From contig JBDRLQ010000003.1 in NCBI GenBank assembly GCA_043812915.1, positions 1 to 64,000 on the forward strand: 64,000 bases of DNA, read 5' to 3'. The DNA is from Candidatus Micrarchaeota archaeon. Lineage in GTDB: Archaea; Micrarchaeota; Micrarchaeia; Anstonellales; Bilamarchaeaceae. Both the position numbers and the translations under genes were made by a program. Positions within the stretch are counted from its first letter, which is position 1. Every line of letters begins with the position of its first letter. Under the pieces are notes generated by a model. That model was not told the origin of the DNA. It worked only from the letters and a program-made list of their open reading frames with translations, and ran no database searches. Of the stretch, positions 28,224-37,481 are shown one piece after another.

Positions 28224-28817
28224 TCATTTTTTGGAAAAAACGAGGTATGCGGTGTGCATCAGGCCGAAATGCTTTGGCCTGGTGCCGAAATCCCGCACAT
28301 CGTATTCTGTTACTGTGCAGTCAATTGTGAAAACATCCCTGAATACTGATTCCGCCGCAAGGTGCAGCGCTTTGGCCTGCTCAATGTTCAGGCAGTGCGC
28401 AGCCATGAACCCCCCCTCCTTGAGCGCAGCGTGCATCTGCACTATGATTTTCTCGGGCTCGGCGATATCGCAGAATATCAGGTCCGCCTCGGTCTCATCA
28501 ATCCCCTCAAAGACATCCCGCAGCTTGAATTCGACGTTTGAGAGGCCAGACTTCTCAACATTATGCTGCGCAAGCTCCTGGAACTCCTTCCTCTTCTCAT
28601 AAGTCACAACTTTCCTGACTATGTTGGCAAGCTGCACGCTCATGAATCCCGAGCCGCTTCCGAGCTCCAGGACGACTGAATCCTTGCCTATCCCTGTGTA
28701 TCCGATGACCATTCCAGCGTCTTTCGGGTGGGTCACCGCGGGCCCTCCCCTCTTGCATCTTTTTAGGAGGGGCGGGAAATGAAAATCCGGCTTCTTCATG
28801 AACTCTCTATTATCCAT
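28224..28817 (-). CDS. trmI: tRNA (adenine57/58-N1)-methyltransferase, lacking the N-terminal domain
   Basis: KR..AVTHPKD, VLELGSGSG, TYEKR.EF, TRP and MHTAYLVF. Confidence 0.85.
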   Translation of the reverse strand: MDNREFMKKPDFHFPPLLKRCKRGGPAVTHPKDAGMVIGYTGIGKDSVVLELGSGSGFMSVQLANIVRKVVTYEKRKEFQELAQHNVEKSGLSNVEFKLRDVFEGIDETEADLIFCDIAEPEKIIVQMHAALKEGGFMAAHCLNIEQAKALHLAAESVFRDVFTIDCTVTEYDVRDFGTRPKHFGLMHTAYLVFSKK

Positions 28818-28887
28818 ATGATTTTTTAAAGTCCCACATTAGAGCATGAAGGAACATATTTAAACACTCTTAGTCTATTATTACTAC

Positions 28888-30096
28888 ATGACGAGTAGGA
28901 CGTTGAAGGGGGATTCAATAAATTCCGGTAGGAACACTTCTGATGCTAACAAGCCCACGGCGGGAAGCCGGATGAAGTCTGCCGTGAGGGCTGCGGCCAT
29001 CACCGCTTTTGCGGCAGGGGCGCTCTGCCTGGTTGGGTGCAGCGGCGCAGAAAGGTCCATGGAAGAGGACAACAGCTGCGCGAGTTCGCACAGAGTGGCA
29101 GAGAGCACCAATTACACTTCATATTTCAGGGAAGGCGCTGTATTCTCCCCTCCGAACGCACCCCATCTTGTTATCGAGGTGGCATCAGTTCGGGAGAATG
29201 AGGATGCGCATTCAGAAAACCCGTGGACAGGCAACCAGGTAACCCTTGAAATTACGGATACCAGGAACGGGACCACAAGGTCTGTCACCCTGACATCAAA
29301 CCGTGGAGATTCGGTCGAGCTTGACGGGAACGTGTCTGTGATTGCCGGATGGGCAATGGCAGTGCAGACGCCTATCGAGGAGAGGCCCGAGGACTACTCC
29401 GATGGGGATCCGAAAGTGGAAATCTCAGTTGTCAACAGGAATCCTGTTGATGCAACAGTCACACGCTATGGGGTGGATGCCGATTCATGCGGCGCTGAAG
29501 AGGAGAATCCGAGCGCTGTCGTGGTTGCTTTCGAAAATGATCTGCACCCGCTGACTGTGGAGGGCTACCGCCAGCTTGAGACTGGTCTCCTTGGGAGCAG
29601 TACTATTGCGAACATTGAAATCCCAGAAGAGGGGCCGGTGCGAATCGCCCTCGGGGAGCTTGAGGGAATCCAGATGGTCGATGTCGGCCAGGTCCAGAGA
29701 ATCGGAAGGGAGTTCAACGTCGATGTCAGCGAGGGGGATGCCTATGACCGGAGCAACAGGCTCTGGGCGAATGTTGGAATCACGGCTGTGAACAACTCCC
29801 CTCTTCTTGATGCAGAGGCTCCTGAATATGGTCTGCCGAGATTCATCATGAATGGGTCCCACAAGGCCTCTTTCATCTATACGGCAAATGATGCGATGTA
29901 CATTGCCCACCTGATGGTTACCAGTTCGGAGACTGATCGGTCATCGCCTGCAGTCCAGGCGAGCATCCTGAGGGTGACTGGTGAGCTGTATGACGGGCAG
30001 AGGATTACTGTTGACGGTACGACCTACGAGGTCGGAATCGGTCTGAACAACGCTGGAAACGCAATCCGCTCGATAAGCTTCACGAGGACCGAGTAG
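28888..30096 (+). CDS. Acidic beta-rich surface lipoprotein (paralog 1)
   Basis: Long n-region, h-region ending LVGC, acidic beta-strand-rich body; homologous to the next gene. Confidence 0.75.
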   Translation: MTSRTLKGDSINSGRNTSDANKPTAGSRMKSAVRAAAITAFAAGALCLVGCSGAERSMEEDNSCASSHRVAESTNYTSYFREGAVFSPPNAPHLVIEVASVRENEDAHSENPWTGNQVTLEITDTRNGTTRSVTLTSNRGDSVELDGNVSVIAGWAMAVQTPIEERPEDYSDGDPKVEISVVNRNPVDATVTRYGVDADSCGAEEENPSAVVVAFENDLHPLTVEGYRQLETGLLGSSTIANIEIPEEGPVRIALGELEGIQMVDVGQVQRIGREFNVDVSEGDAYDRSNRLWANVGITAVNNSPLLDAEAPEYGLPRFIMNGSHKASFIYTANDAMYIAHLMVTSSETDRSSPAVQASILRVTGELYDGQRITVDGTTYEVGIGLNNAGNAIRSISFTRTE

Positions 30097-30197
30097 GTCC
30101 TTTCTTCTTGTTTTTTCCTTTTGAACATTTTCTTTGATTCTTAAACACTTTTATACATGACAATACATTTTTAAACACTATTAGTCTATATTATTAC

Positions 30198-31505
30198 ATG
30201 ACGAACAGGTCTTTGAAGAGCGAATCAGTGACTACGAGGGAGAACAGTTCTAATGCTACAAAATCCACGGCGGGGGAGAGGATGAAGGCTACTCTGAGGA
30301 GGGCTGCAACCGTTTCTTTCGCAGCAGGCTCGCTGCTTTTTATCGGCGCTGGCTGCGGCGGGGCGGAGAGGCGCCTGCTGGATGATGCGCCCCGGGAGAG
30401 GCCGGAGGAGCCTGCTGAGGATCCTCCTATGAGGGTCGGCGAGCTCGAGCGGACAGGGGAGAGCGTGTGCACAAGGAGCACCGTCGAGATTCCGGTTCAC
30501 AGCGAGCATGAGGTTACATCCGAACGCTTTTACACGAGGGTTGTCGAGGAGGGCAGCACTTTCGAGTATGGTGATTATACCATCGTTGTCGGTGAGATGA
30601 GCGAAGGCGGGTATGAAAGCAGATGGATGGGCAACCGCGTCCAGGTGACCATCTTCGATACTGCAACCGGCGAAGTTGTCGCAAGCGGAAACCCCGGATC
30701 TCAGAACCTTGACGGACTGCAGATTACAGATGATGTTTACCTATATGTGGATTATGCTGTGATGCCTGACTTCCCGCTCTATGGGCCCAAGGCGATGATA
30801 AACCTATACGATTTCTCTTCCAGGAGAGCAGTTGTGGATGAGATTGTAGAGGTCGGCCCGGTCGGGGAAGATGACTCATGCGCAACTGCCGTAATGGGCG
30901 AAACGATCAAGAGCGTAACGGCAACCTTCGGCCAGGGGCTAACAAGCCTTGATTCAGGGGAGGCGGGCGCTTATGCCTCGCTTGAGCTTGGAAGCCTTGC
31001 CAGCGGCCAAATCGTCCGCGTCGACCCAGAGAGCGCTTCGGTTGAGCTGGGCGAGCAGGTTGGCACGGGCCTGTTTTCCAACGGCGGTGTGATCTCTGAT
31101 GATAATTTCACCCTTTCAGTGGAATCGGTCCACCTTGGGGGGAACAATGTCATCTACTCGCGTGTGCTCCTGACTGATGCTGGCGGAGAGCCAATCCCGA
31201 CAATAGAGCCGCTGCCAGGCACCGGATACCATCTAGGGTACCTGGTTTCCGGGAGGGATAATCTCAGGTTCAGGGCAGGCCCCGAGGGGGCGGAAGAGGA
31301 GTATGTGGCCAGCCTGCTGCCGACCGTCAATGGAGGCGACAATGTCGTTCTCATTGCATCGGTGATGCGCATCACGCAGAGGATAACTGACGGCGATGTT
31401 CTAGAAATAGATGGGAAATCCTACGCAGTCGGCGTGGAGGTCAATGAGGCCCGCACCGCAGTGACCCGGATTTCGCTAACTCTCGTACAGCCGCTTGATG
31501 GCTGA
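30198..31505 (+). CDS. Acidic beta-rich surface lipoprotein (paralog 2)
   Basis: Same leader (ending GAGC); shared W.GN.V.V.I.D and ASV(I)MR(L)..DG...IDG..Y.VG motifs. Confidence 0.75.
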   Translation: MTNRSLKSESVTTRENSSNATKSTAGERMKATLRRAATVSFAAGSLLFIGAGCGGAERRLLDDAPRERPEEPAEDPPMRVGELERTGESVCTRSTVEIPVHSEHEVTSERFYTRVVEEGSTFEYGDYTIVVGEMSEGGYESRWMGNRVQVTIFDTATGEVVASGNPGSQNLDGLQITDDVYLYVDYAVMPDFPLYGPKAMINLYDFSSRRAVVDEIVEVGPVGEDDSCATAVMGETIKSVTATFGQGLTSLDSGEAGAYASLELGSLASGQIVRVDPESASVELGEQVGTGLFSNGGVISDDNFTLSVESVHLGGNNVIYSRVLLTDAGGEPIPTIEPLPGTGYHLGYLVSGRDNLRFRAGPEGAEEEYVASLLPTVNGGDNVVLIASVMRITQRITDGDVLEIDGKSYAVGVEVNEARTAVTRISLTLVQPLDG

Positions 31506-31943
31506 TTACTCTTTCATTTTTTCCCTGAATTCCTTCATTCTTTCTTCCAGCTCCTTATCCTTCAGAGCCAGAATCTGTATAGCTAAATAAGCAGCATTTG
31601 CGCCGTTGTCAATCCCTACTGCCGCAACCGGTATTTTTGGGGGCATCTGGGCAATCGAGAGCAATGCGTCCAGGCCGTCCAGCTTGGCGCTGACAGGCAC
31701 ACCTATGACCGGCTTTATCGTCTTGCTGGCAATCACTCCCGGAAGCGCAGCCGAGAGGCCGGCAATCGCGATGAATACGTCCGCGCCGCTTTCGGAAACC
31801 AGCTTCTCGACCTTCTCAGGGTTCCTGTGGGCCGATGCAACCTCCACGGAATATTCAACGCCGAATCCCTTTAGCACTTTCGCGGCCTTTTCGGCAATCT
31901 CACTGTCGCTCTTGCTTCCGGAAATTATCATGACCGTTGACAT
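31506..31943 (-). CDS. purE: N5-CAIR mutase / AIR carboxylase
   Basis: [39 protein letters not shown] and NAA. Confidence 0.96.
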   Translation of the reverse strand: MSTVMIISGSKSDSEIAEKAAKVLKGFGVEYSVEVASAHRNPEKVEKLVSESGADVFIAIAGLSAALPGVIASKTIKPVIGVPVSAKLDGLDALLSIAQMPPKIPVAAVGIDNGANAAYLAIQILALKDKELEERMKEFREKMKE

Positions 31944-31998
31944 ACCCCTGATATTGCTTGCTCTCCCTTAAAAAAATATTCCATAGACACAAAAAAGC

Positions 31999-32334
31999 AT
32001 GGTGAAAGCAGGAGCGCTCAAGAAGAGGTACGTGCTTTTCAGGTTGCAGGGGCAGAAATTGGAAGAGGAGCCCCTCAAAAGAGCGTTATATGCAGAGGCG
32101 CTGAAGTTCTTCGGGGAATACGGCCTTTCGAAAGCGGCGCTAAAAATCATGAAATACGATTCATCAAAGGGCATCGGAATTCTCCGCTGCGCCAGGGATT
32201 ATCAGGAGGTTGTCCTTGGATTCCTCGCACTGATGGGTTCTTTCAACGGGGCGCCCGCCCGCCTGCTCACCCTCAGGTCCAGCGGCACGGTCAAGAGCCT
32301 CGAGAGCACGTTCTTATCCAGCCAGGACAGGTAA
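31999..32334 (+). CDS. rnp2: RNase P protein Pop5 (Rpp14/Pop5 family)
   Basis: KKRYVLF, FFGEYG, GILRC.R and SSGTVK. Confidence 0.88.
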   Translation: MVKAGALKKRYVLFRLQGQKLEEEPLKRALYAEALKFFGEYGLSKAALKIMKYDSSKGIGILRCARDYQEVVLGFLALMGSFNGAPARLLTLRSSGTVKSLESTFLSSQDR

Positions 32335-32609
32335 TCCCGGTTTCCGCCCTCTATCCTGAAATACACTATCTCAGGAACCTCATAGGGGTGCTTCTCCTTT
32401 ATGAAAAGCTCCAGCTGCTTGTACGCCTTCATCCTTGTCTTGATAATCAGCAGGAATTCCTCCTCTGATTCGAGTTTCCCCTTCCACCTGTAGAATGATT
32501 TCCCTATCTTTATTACGTTCACGCAGGCGGCCAGCTCCATCCTGACCAGCTCTGATGCCGTCTCCTCTGCCAGTTTCCGGTCCGGATATGTTGAAAGGAC
32601 GATTATCAT
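32202..32609 (-). CDS. cutA: Divalent-cation tolerance protein CutA
   Basis: LAACVN, S.YRWKG, IIKT, HPYEVPEI and GNRDYLSWL. Confidence 0.93.
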   Translation of the reverse strand: MIIVLSTYPDRKLAEETASELVRMELAACVNVIKIGKSFYRWKGKLESEEEFLLIIKTRMKAYKQLELFIKEKHPYEVPEIVYFRIEGGNRDYLSWLDKNVLSRLLTVPLDLRVSRRAGAPLKEPISARNPRTTS

Positions 32610-32619
32610 GCAAAGCCCC

Positions 32620-33807
32620 CTATTTCTTCTTGAATACTATCTCCAATACATCACGATGGTTTAGAATATGCTCCTTGCCCACCGCCTTCCGGGTCCTGGC
32701 GTCTATGGCCTTGATGAATCCGTTTCCGATGTCTGAATGGAGCGAGAAGGCGAAATCCAAAGCCGTGGAGCCTGGCGGCAGGAGGAAGCAATCAGCCAGC
32801 ACCCTGCCCTCGGAATCCTCCATCTTGCCAACCCCTCCAGGGAAAATGGCTATATAGTGCAGGAAGTCGAAGACAGCGGCGTTCAGGCATTTCTGCACGC
32901 CTGTTCCCCCGAATCTTTCGGTGACATGCCTGAGGATGTCCATGGCCTTCTGCTGCTGCTCACTGAGATTTCCCTTGACCTTGAATGACTTGTCGCCAGG
33001 AAGGTAATCAATGAACCCGTTCTTGGCCGCGGCCTTGAGCGTAATCTCCGCTTCCGAAGAGCATGGCACAATCAGGTATTCCGGAAATTCCCTCTGCAGT
33101 TTAAGGTAGTTCTCATATCCGGTGGAAAGGTCGCATTTGTTCGCGGCGATTATTATCGGCTTTCCCAGCCTGCGGATTGTCTTTGCCAGTTTCAGCCTCT
33201 CATCCACTGACCAGTCAGAGAGCGGCTTCTCCTCGAGCTTCATGTCCTTGAGTATCTTGATGATGACTTCCTTCCTGATGCCCAGCCCTGCGAACTGCTG
33301 GCCCACCACATCCTCGGTCTTGGCGGTTTTCGCCTCCCGGACGAGCTTTGCCCAGTTGCGCTCGAGAATCCCCATAATCCAGTAGTCCAGCTCCTCCTCG
33401 AGGAACCTGACATCGTTTGTTGGGTCGTAATTGCCAGCGCCAATGCTCTCGCCGACCTCATTGGTGGAGCCGGAGACATCAACGACATGGATGAGGACAT
33501 CCGCCTGCCTAAGGTCGTCAAGGAACTTGTTGCCAAGGCCCTTGCCCTCGTGCGCCCCTGGAACAAGGCCCGCAACATCAAGGAGCTCAACCGGGACGAA
33601 CCTCCGCCCATCAACGCAATATCCTGTTCTTGGATTGCACTTCTTGCTGAACTCCTTGTCCACGCACTGCACTTCCACATAGCCAACAGCCCGATTGGGC
33701 TTGATTGTTGTGAATGGCCTTGGGGACCTTTCAACGACTGCTGATGTGGCGGCCATGAAGAATGTGCTTTTTCCGACTGATGGTTTTCCGACTATACCGA
33801 TTAGCAT
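32620..33807 (-). CDS. ychF: Archaeal YchF/Obg-family ATPase with TGS domain
   Basis: GKPSVGKST, PFTTIKPN, DVAGLVPGAHEGKGLGNKFLDD, ANKCD and TGS HSDIG. Confidence 0.94.
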   Translation of the reverse strand: MLIGIVGKPSVGKSTFFMAATSAVVERSPRPFTTIKPNRAVGYVEVQCVDKEFSKKCNPRTGYCVDGRRFVPVELLDVAGLVPGAHEGKGLGNKFLDDLRQADVLIHVVDVSGSTNEVGESIGAGNYDPTNDVRFLEEELDYWIMGILERNWAKLVREAKTAKTEDVVGQQFAGLGIRKEVIIKILKDMKLEEKPLSDWSVDERLKLAKTIRRLGKPIIIAANKCDLSTGYENYLKLQREFPEYLIVPCSSEAEITLKAAAKNGFIDYLPGDKSFKVKGNLSEQQQKAMDILRHVTERFGGTGVQKCLNAAVFDFLHYIAIFPGGVGKMEDSEGRVLADCFLLPPGSTALDFAFSLHSDIGNGFIKAIDARTRKAVGKEHILNHRDVLEIVFKKK

Positions 33808-33847
33808 ATGACTTCGTAATCACTTCTATGGCGGCTTTTTAATAATC

Positions 33848-34693
33848 CTATGCAAAGGAGAGCCGTTTGGCCAGGGCAGCCACATCTGCGCTCGGAGGGC
33901 CATGATTGGCATAAAAGCTCAGGCAGTATCGGCTTTCAAAATGCATCGAAGAACCATAATCGCGGTTTGAGTATAGCCCCCATGCGGGATGGCCGGCCGG
34001 AAGGGGCATCCTGAATGCCGGAGCCTCAAAACACTCAAGTTTCACCCCAAGCTCCTTTATCTTCGCCAGGATTTCCAGAATCTCCGAAGCTGCATTGTGA
34101 GGCTCTGCTCCTCTGCTATTGAAAATTTCTGCAACCTCTGAAAAAAGAGAGGACCTAATCTTTCGTATTTTCTTTTCCATCCCGCTTGCAATGCGGGTGA
34201 GTGTCTTCATAGAATCAAGCTCGCAGAGAACTCCGCTGGTTTTCTCCCAGCCCACCATCATTAAGCCGCCTCTTGGCAGGGGCTCTCCGGAATCCCCCAA
34301 GGCTGAAGCATGAAGCTCTGCTATTATTGCTCCTTGCCCGTTTTTTTCTGCGAAATCAAGCCATGCCCGCGTTCGAATCAGCAGGTCTTCTACCGAAAGC
34401 GCCGTATTGAGCATATCCCGTAGCGCAGGTCCCCCTACAGATTCTGAAAAAAGGAGGTCCCCATCATCCTTCAGCCTATCGATGAGCATTGCCCTTGCAT
34501 TCCAGCCCCGTTGCATCATTCCGGGAATAATCTTTGCCCTCACGTCAATACCTTCAGTGAGAAGCTTCTCCTTCAGTTTCTTCTGAAGGGACAATAGGGC
34601 GAAGTGTTCTGGTGAGTGCGGTGCTAGCAGAAGCACTGCTGGGCCTTTCTTTGGATTGCCTGTTTTCTTCCGGAGCATGAGACTCATACGCAT
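33848..34693 (-). CDS. Hypothetical protein
   Basis: 281-aa ORF filling the gap, with TTTAAA about 20 nt upstream; no motif recognised. Confidence 0.6.
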   Translation of the reverse strand: MRMSLMLRKKTGNPKKGPAVLLLAPHSPEHFALLSLQKKLKEKLLTEGIDVRAKIIPGMMQRGWNARAMLIDRLKDDGDLLFSESVGGPALRDMLNTALSVEDLLIRTRAWLDFAEKNGQGAIIAELHASALGDSGEPLPRGGLMMVGWEKTSGVLCELDSMKTLTRIASGMEKKIRKIRSSLFSEVAEIFNSRGAEPHNAASEILEILAKIKELGVKLECFEAPAFRMPLPAGHPAWGLYSNRDYGSSMHFESRYCLSFYANHGPPSADVAALAKRLSFA

Positions 34694-34735
34694 CCAGGCT
34701 TTAAACTACTTTCTTTAACAATTTTTATAACAAAA

Positions 34736-35884
34736 TTATTTTCTCAGGACAACAATGCTCTCCCTTGTTTTCACCTTGTGGGGCTTGACATCCGCGATGC
34801 GCTCTGCGCCGACAATTATGCGATTCTCCGAAAATCCGATTCTTTCCCCAATTTCCGCAAGCACTTCGTCGACCAGCACATGCGTCTGGTGGATTACCGA
34901 ATTGGACACGATGACATACGCCGCCTTTCCGGGTTTGAGCACCCTGTGCATCTCGCGCATCGTGCCTTCCATGTCCCTGAAGTATGTCCCGATAATAGGT
35001 ATCCTGAATCCTTCCTCACCGACTTCAGGGGGCATCTCATCGACATCCATCTGCCTTCCGATGAATGAGCGCACCGAGCGGGCCCGGGTATGCTCCGCCT
35101 CAGTCTTGCTAAGTTCGAGGAGGCTCAGCTCCAGCCCGTACACCTTGGAATAATCGATGTTGTTCAGGTATGGCGGGGAAGTCACTATGATGTCCGCGCA
35201 CCCGTCCTGGAGCTGCAGCGCCCTGGCATCACCGAGCACAATCTCGGGAGTAGGCCCTTTGACCGGATTCTCCAAATCTGAAAGCATCCTCTTAAGGCGC
35301 CTCTTGAAAGCGTCCTTCACAGGAAGCGCGCGCTTTTTCTTTTCTATCTTGAGCACCCCGCCGTCCTTCACGATTATGCTAACCAGCGGAATGATTGAAA
35401 GCAGCGCGAGGAGCAGAAGGTTGCGCACCCTGCCCTCTTCCTTTTCAATCATCTCACGGAGGTATAGCATGTCATTATAGTTCCTCTTTGGGAATGCCGC
35501 CCTTGAGCTGAAGAGCTCGAAGTCCCATTTTATCCGGGCTTCATGCCTTTCCTTGAATATGTTTGCAAGGAATCCTTTTGCCCCTTCAATTTCCTCTGTA
35601 GAGTAATCGTCAGTTTTCGTCTTCGAGACGAATACTGCGAGCTGGGATGCGTCAACCCCGAAAGACTGCAGGCCGGAGGCCTTTGCTGCAAGCAGCGTGG
35701 TGCCAACGCCGCAGAACGGGTCGACTACAAGCGAATCCCCTAAAATGCCCTCCTTCTGCAGGGCGTAATCGACTATTTCTGGAGCATAACCCTCCTTGTA
35801 CCAGAACCAGCCGTGGAAAGGCTTCTTTTTCGAGAGTTCGAAGGTCATCGCCTGCCCAATGCTCGGTTCGGTCGCAATATCCAT
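34736..35884 (-). CDS. DNA amino-methyltransferase (SPPY, probable N4-cytosine)
   Basis: H.WFWYKEGY, motif I DPFCGVGTT preceding motif IV IVTSPPY.N..DY, and C-terminal RESIVVL. Confidence 0.9.
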   Translation of the reverse strand: MDIATEPSIGQAMTFELSKKKPFHGWFWYKEGYAPEIVDYALQKEGILGDSLVVDPFCGVGTTLLAAKASGLQSFGVDASQLAVFVSKTKTDDYSTEEIEGAKGFLANIFKERHEARIKWDFELFSSRAAFPKRNYNDMLYLREMIEKEEGRVRNLLLLALLSIIPLVSIIVKDGGVLKIEKKKRALPVKDAFKRRLKRMLSDLENPVKGPTPEIVLGDARALQLQDGCADIIVTSPPYLNNIDYSKVYGLELSLLELSKTEAEHTRARSVRSFIGRQMDVDEMPPEVGEEGFRIPIIGTYFRDMEGTMREMHRVLKPGKAAYVIVSNSVIHQTHVLVDEVLAEIGERIGFSENRIIVGAERIADVKPHKVKTRESIVVLRK

Positions 35885-35917
35885 GGTAAGTACTGGCTCC
35901 CTTGCAATTATAAAGAG

Positions 35918-36349
35918 TTATCCGAGCGTCTGCTGCCCGCTTTTCTTCACCTGTTTCTTTCCGATCTCGACGGCATCCTTCGCAAGCTTGTCAGCTTCCT
36001 TGTTCTTTTCCCTAGGGATGTGCTCGAAATGGATATCCAGCCCATGTAGGAGATTGTCAATCTTCCTTTTCAGGGGCCTTAATTTCGGGTCCTTTACCTG
36101 GTATTCTCCAGTGAGCTGCCTGATTACCAACTGGCTGTCGCTTTTGAGGTGAACCTCATGCTCACCCATTGTATGCGCGGTCTCAAGGGCACGTATCACC
36201 GCGGTGTATTCAGCCATGTTGTTCGTCCCGATGCCAAGATACTCGCTCAGCTCCTCAACCCTGAATTCGTCCTTGTATATCACAATCCCGATTCCCATCG
36301 GGCCGGGATTGCCTGAGGAAGCGCCGTCGGTGTAAATAACTAGGGCCAT
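35918..36349 (-). CDS. rnhA: Ribonuclease HI
   Basis: YTDGASSGNPG, TNNMAEY, SDSQLV and HIPREKN.EADKLA. Confidence 0.95.
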   Translation of the reverse strand: MALVIYTDGASSGNPGPMGIGIVIYKDEFRVEELSEYLGIGTNNMAEYTAVIRALETAHTMGEHEVHLKSDSQLVIRQLTGEYQVKDPKLRPLKRKIDNLLHGLDIHFEHIPREKNKEADKLAKDAVEIGKKQVKKSGQQTLG

Positions 36350-36399
36350 GCAATCCATTCGCCAGCGTATTTTAATAACATTATTGCAGAGAAATTGCT

Positions 36400-36924
36400 A
36401 TGCCCGAGGAAATTCATCCGAACCCGATTGCCCAGATAGTGGTCCTTGTATTATTCGGAATCTTGATTTCTTTTGTTATGTCCTTCTTATTCGGCAGGGC
36501 GGATTTCTTCGGGGGGGTGCTGATAATACTTTGGGGCTTCTTCGCGGTGATTGCCGCGTACGCATTCCTGATTACCCGGTTCATCTCCCTCGATGTTTCT
36601 GACGGGGAGCTAATCTATCGGAGGGGGATGTTCTCTATACAGAGGATGCACATCCCGTTCAGGAAAATAACCGGGCTTTTCATGAACCAGACGTTTGTTG
36701 AGCGCATTTTCGGGCTTGGCACATTGGAAGTGGACACTGCTGGCGGGCCTTTTGCCGAGATTGTGGCATCCGCGATGCCCTACAAGGCTCTCGAGAGGAT
36801 TGTGGAAGAGATAAAGAGGGAGACGGACAGGGATGAGCATGGCGAGGCCCCGCCACCTCCCAAAAGCGCTGGAAAGCCCGCAAAGCCTGCGCAGAGCAAA
36901 CAGCACCAGACGATGTACAGGTGA
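36400..36924 (+). CDS. Membrane protein with bacterial PH domain (bPH_2/YdbS-like)
   Basis: Two TMs followed by RGMFS...IPF.KI, Q...ERIFGLGTL.V.TAG. Confidence 0.85.
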   Translation: MPEEIHPNPIAQIVVLVLFGILISFVMSFLFGRADFFGGVLIILWGFFAVIAAYAFLITRFISLDVSDGELIYRRGMFSIQRMHIPFRKITGLFMNQTFVERIFGLGTLEVDTAGGPFAEIVASAMPYKALERIVEEIKRETDRDEHGEAPPPPKSAGKPAKPAQSKQHQTMYR

Positions 36925-36928
36925 TTGA

Positions 36929-37426
36929 ATGACAGCATGCTCGATAGACAACGATTTCGTTAATGTCAAGGACAGGAAGCTCATCCTCAAGCTCCGCGGC
37001 CTTGGCGCCGGAGTGGAAGATGCGGAAGAGGCCAAGCTCACTCTTCTCGAGGCGGCTTTTTTTGCCGGTATCGGAGTGCTTCCAATGAAAAAGGACGAGC
37101 TCCTAAAAGCCGCGGGGAAAATAGACAAGCTCGCGGAAGAGAAATACTTCGTAATCAAGTATCTGCGCGAGCGCGGATACATTGTGAGGCCGAGCCTTGA
37201 TGGCAGCCAGTATCTCCGCCTCCACAGGAAGGGCTTCAGGCCGGGCGAGGACCGCACGTATTATCTTATTGAGGTTGTCAGGAAGGACTGGAAGGCGGAG
37301 CCGGACTTGCTCTTTGCCTCCCTTGAATTCGCGGGCAGATTGAGGAAGGAGCTTGTAATCGCGGTTGTTGATACGGAGGCTGAGAAGCCGAGGTTCCTCA
37401 AGTTCGGGAGAATGACCATTGAATAG
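36929..37426 (+). CDS. tRNA-splicing endonuclease subunit, probably non-catalytic (structural)
   Basis: L.LLEAAF, Y.V.KYLRERGYIVR and RKELVIAVVD fit the fold; KFG, catalytic Tyr and His are not evident. Confidence 0.78.
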   Translation: MTACSIDNDFVNVKDRKLILKLRGLGAGVEDAEEAKLTLLEAAFFAGIGVLPMKKDELLKAAGKIDKLAEEKYFVIKYLRERGYIVRPSLDGSQYLRLHRKGFRPGEDRTYYLIEVVRKDWKAEPDLLFASLEFAGRLRKELVIAVVDTEAEKPRFLKFGRMTIE

Positions 37427-37481
37427 CCCGCAGAAAAGCGTTAATAACATGGCCTTCCAATTCTTCCCTTAGGTGCTAGTT

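Noticed and set aside
33848..34693. Cognate restriction endonuclease for the methyltransferase
   Set aside because: No PD-(D/E)xK, HNH or GIY-YIG motif recognisable; it appears to have its own TATA box.
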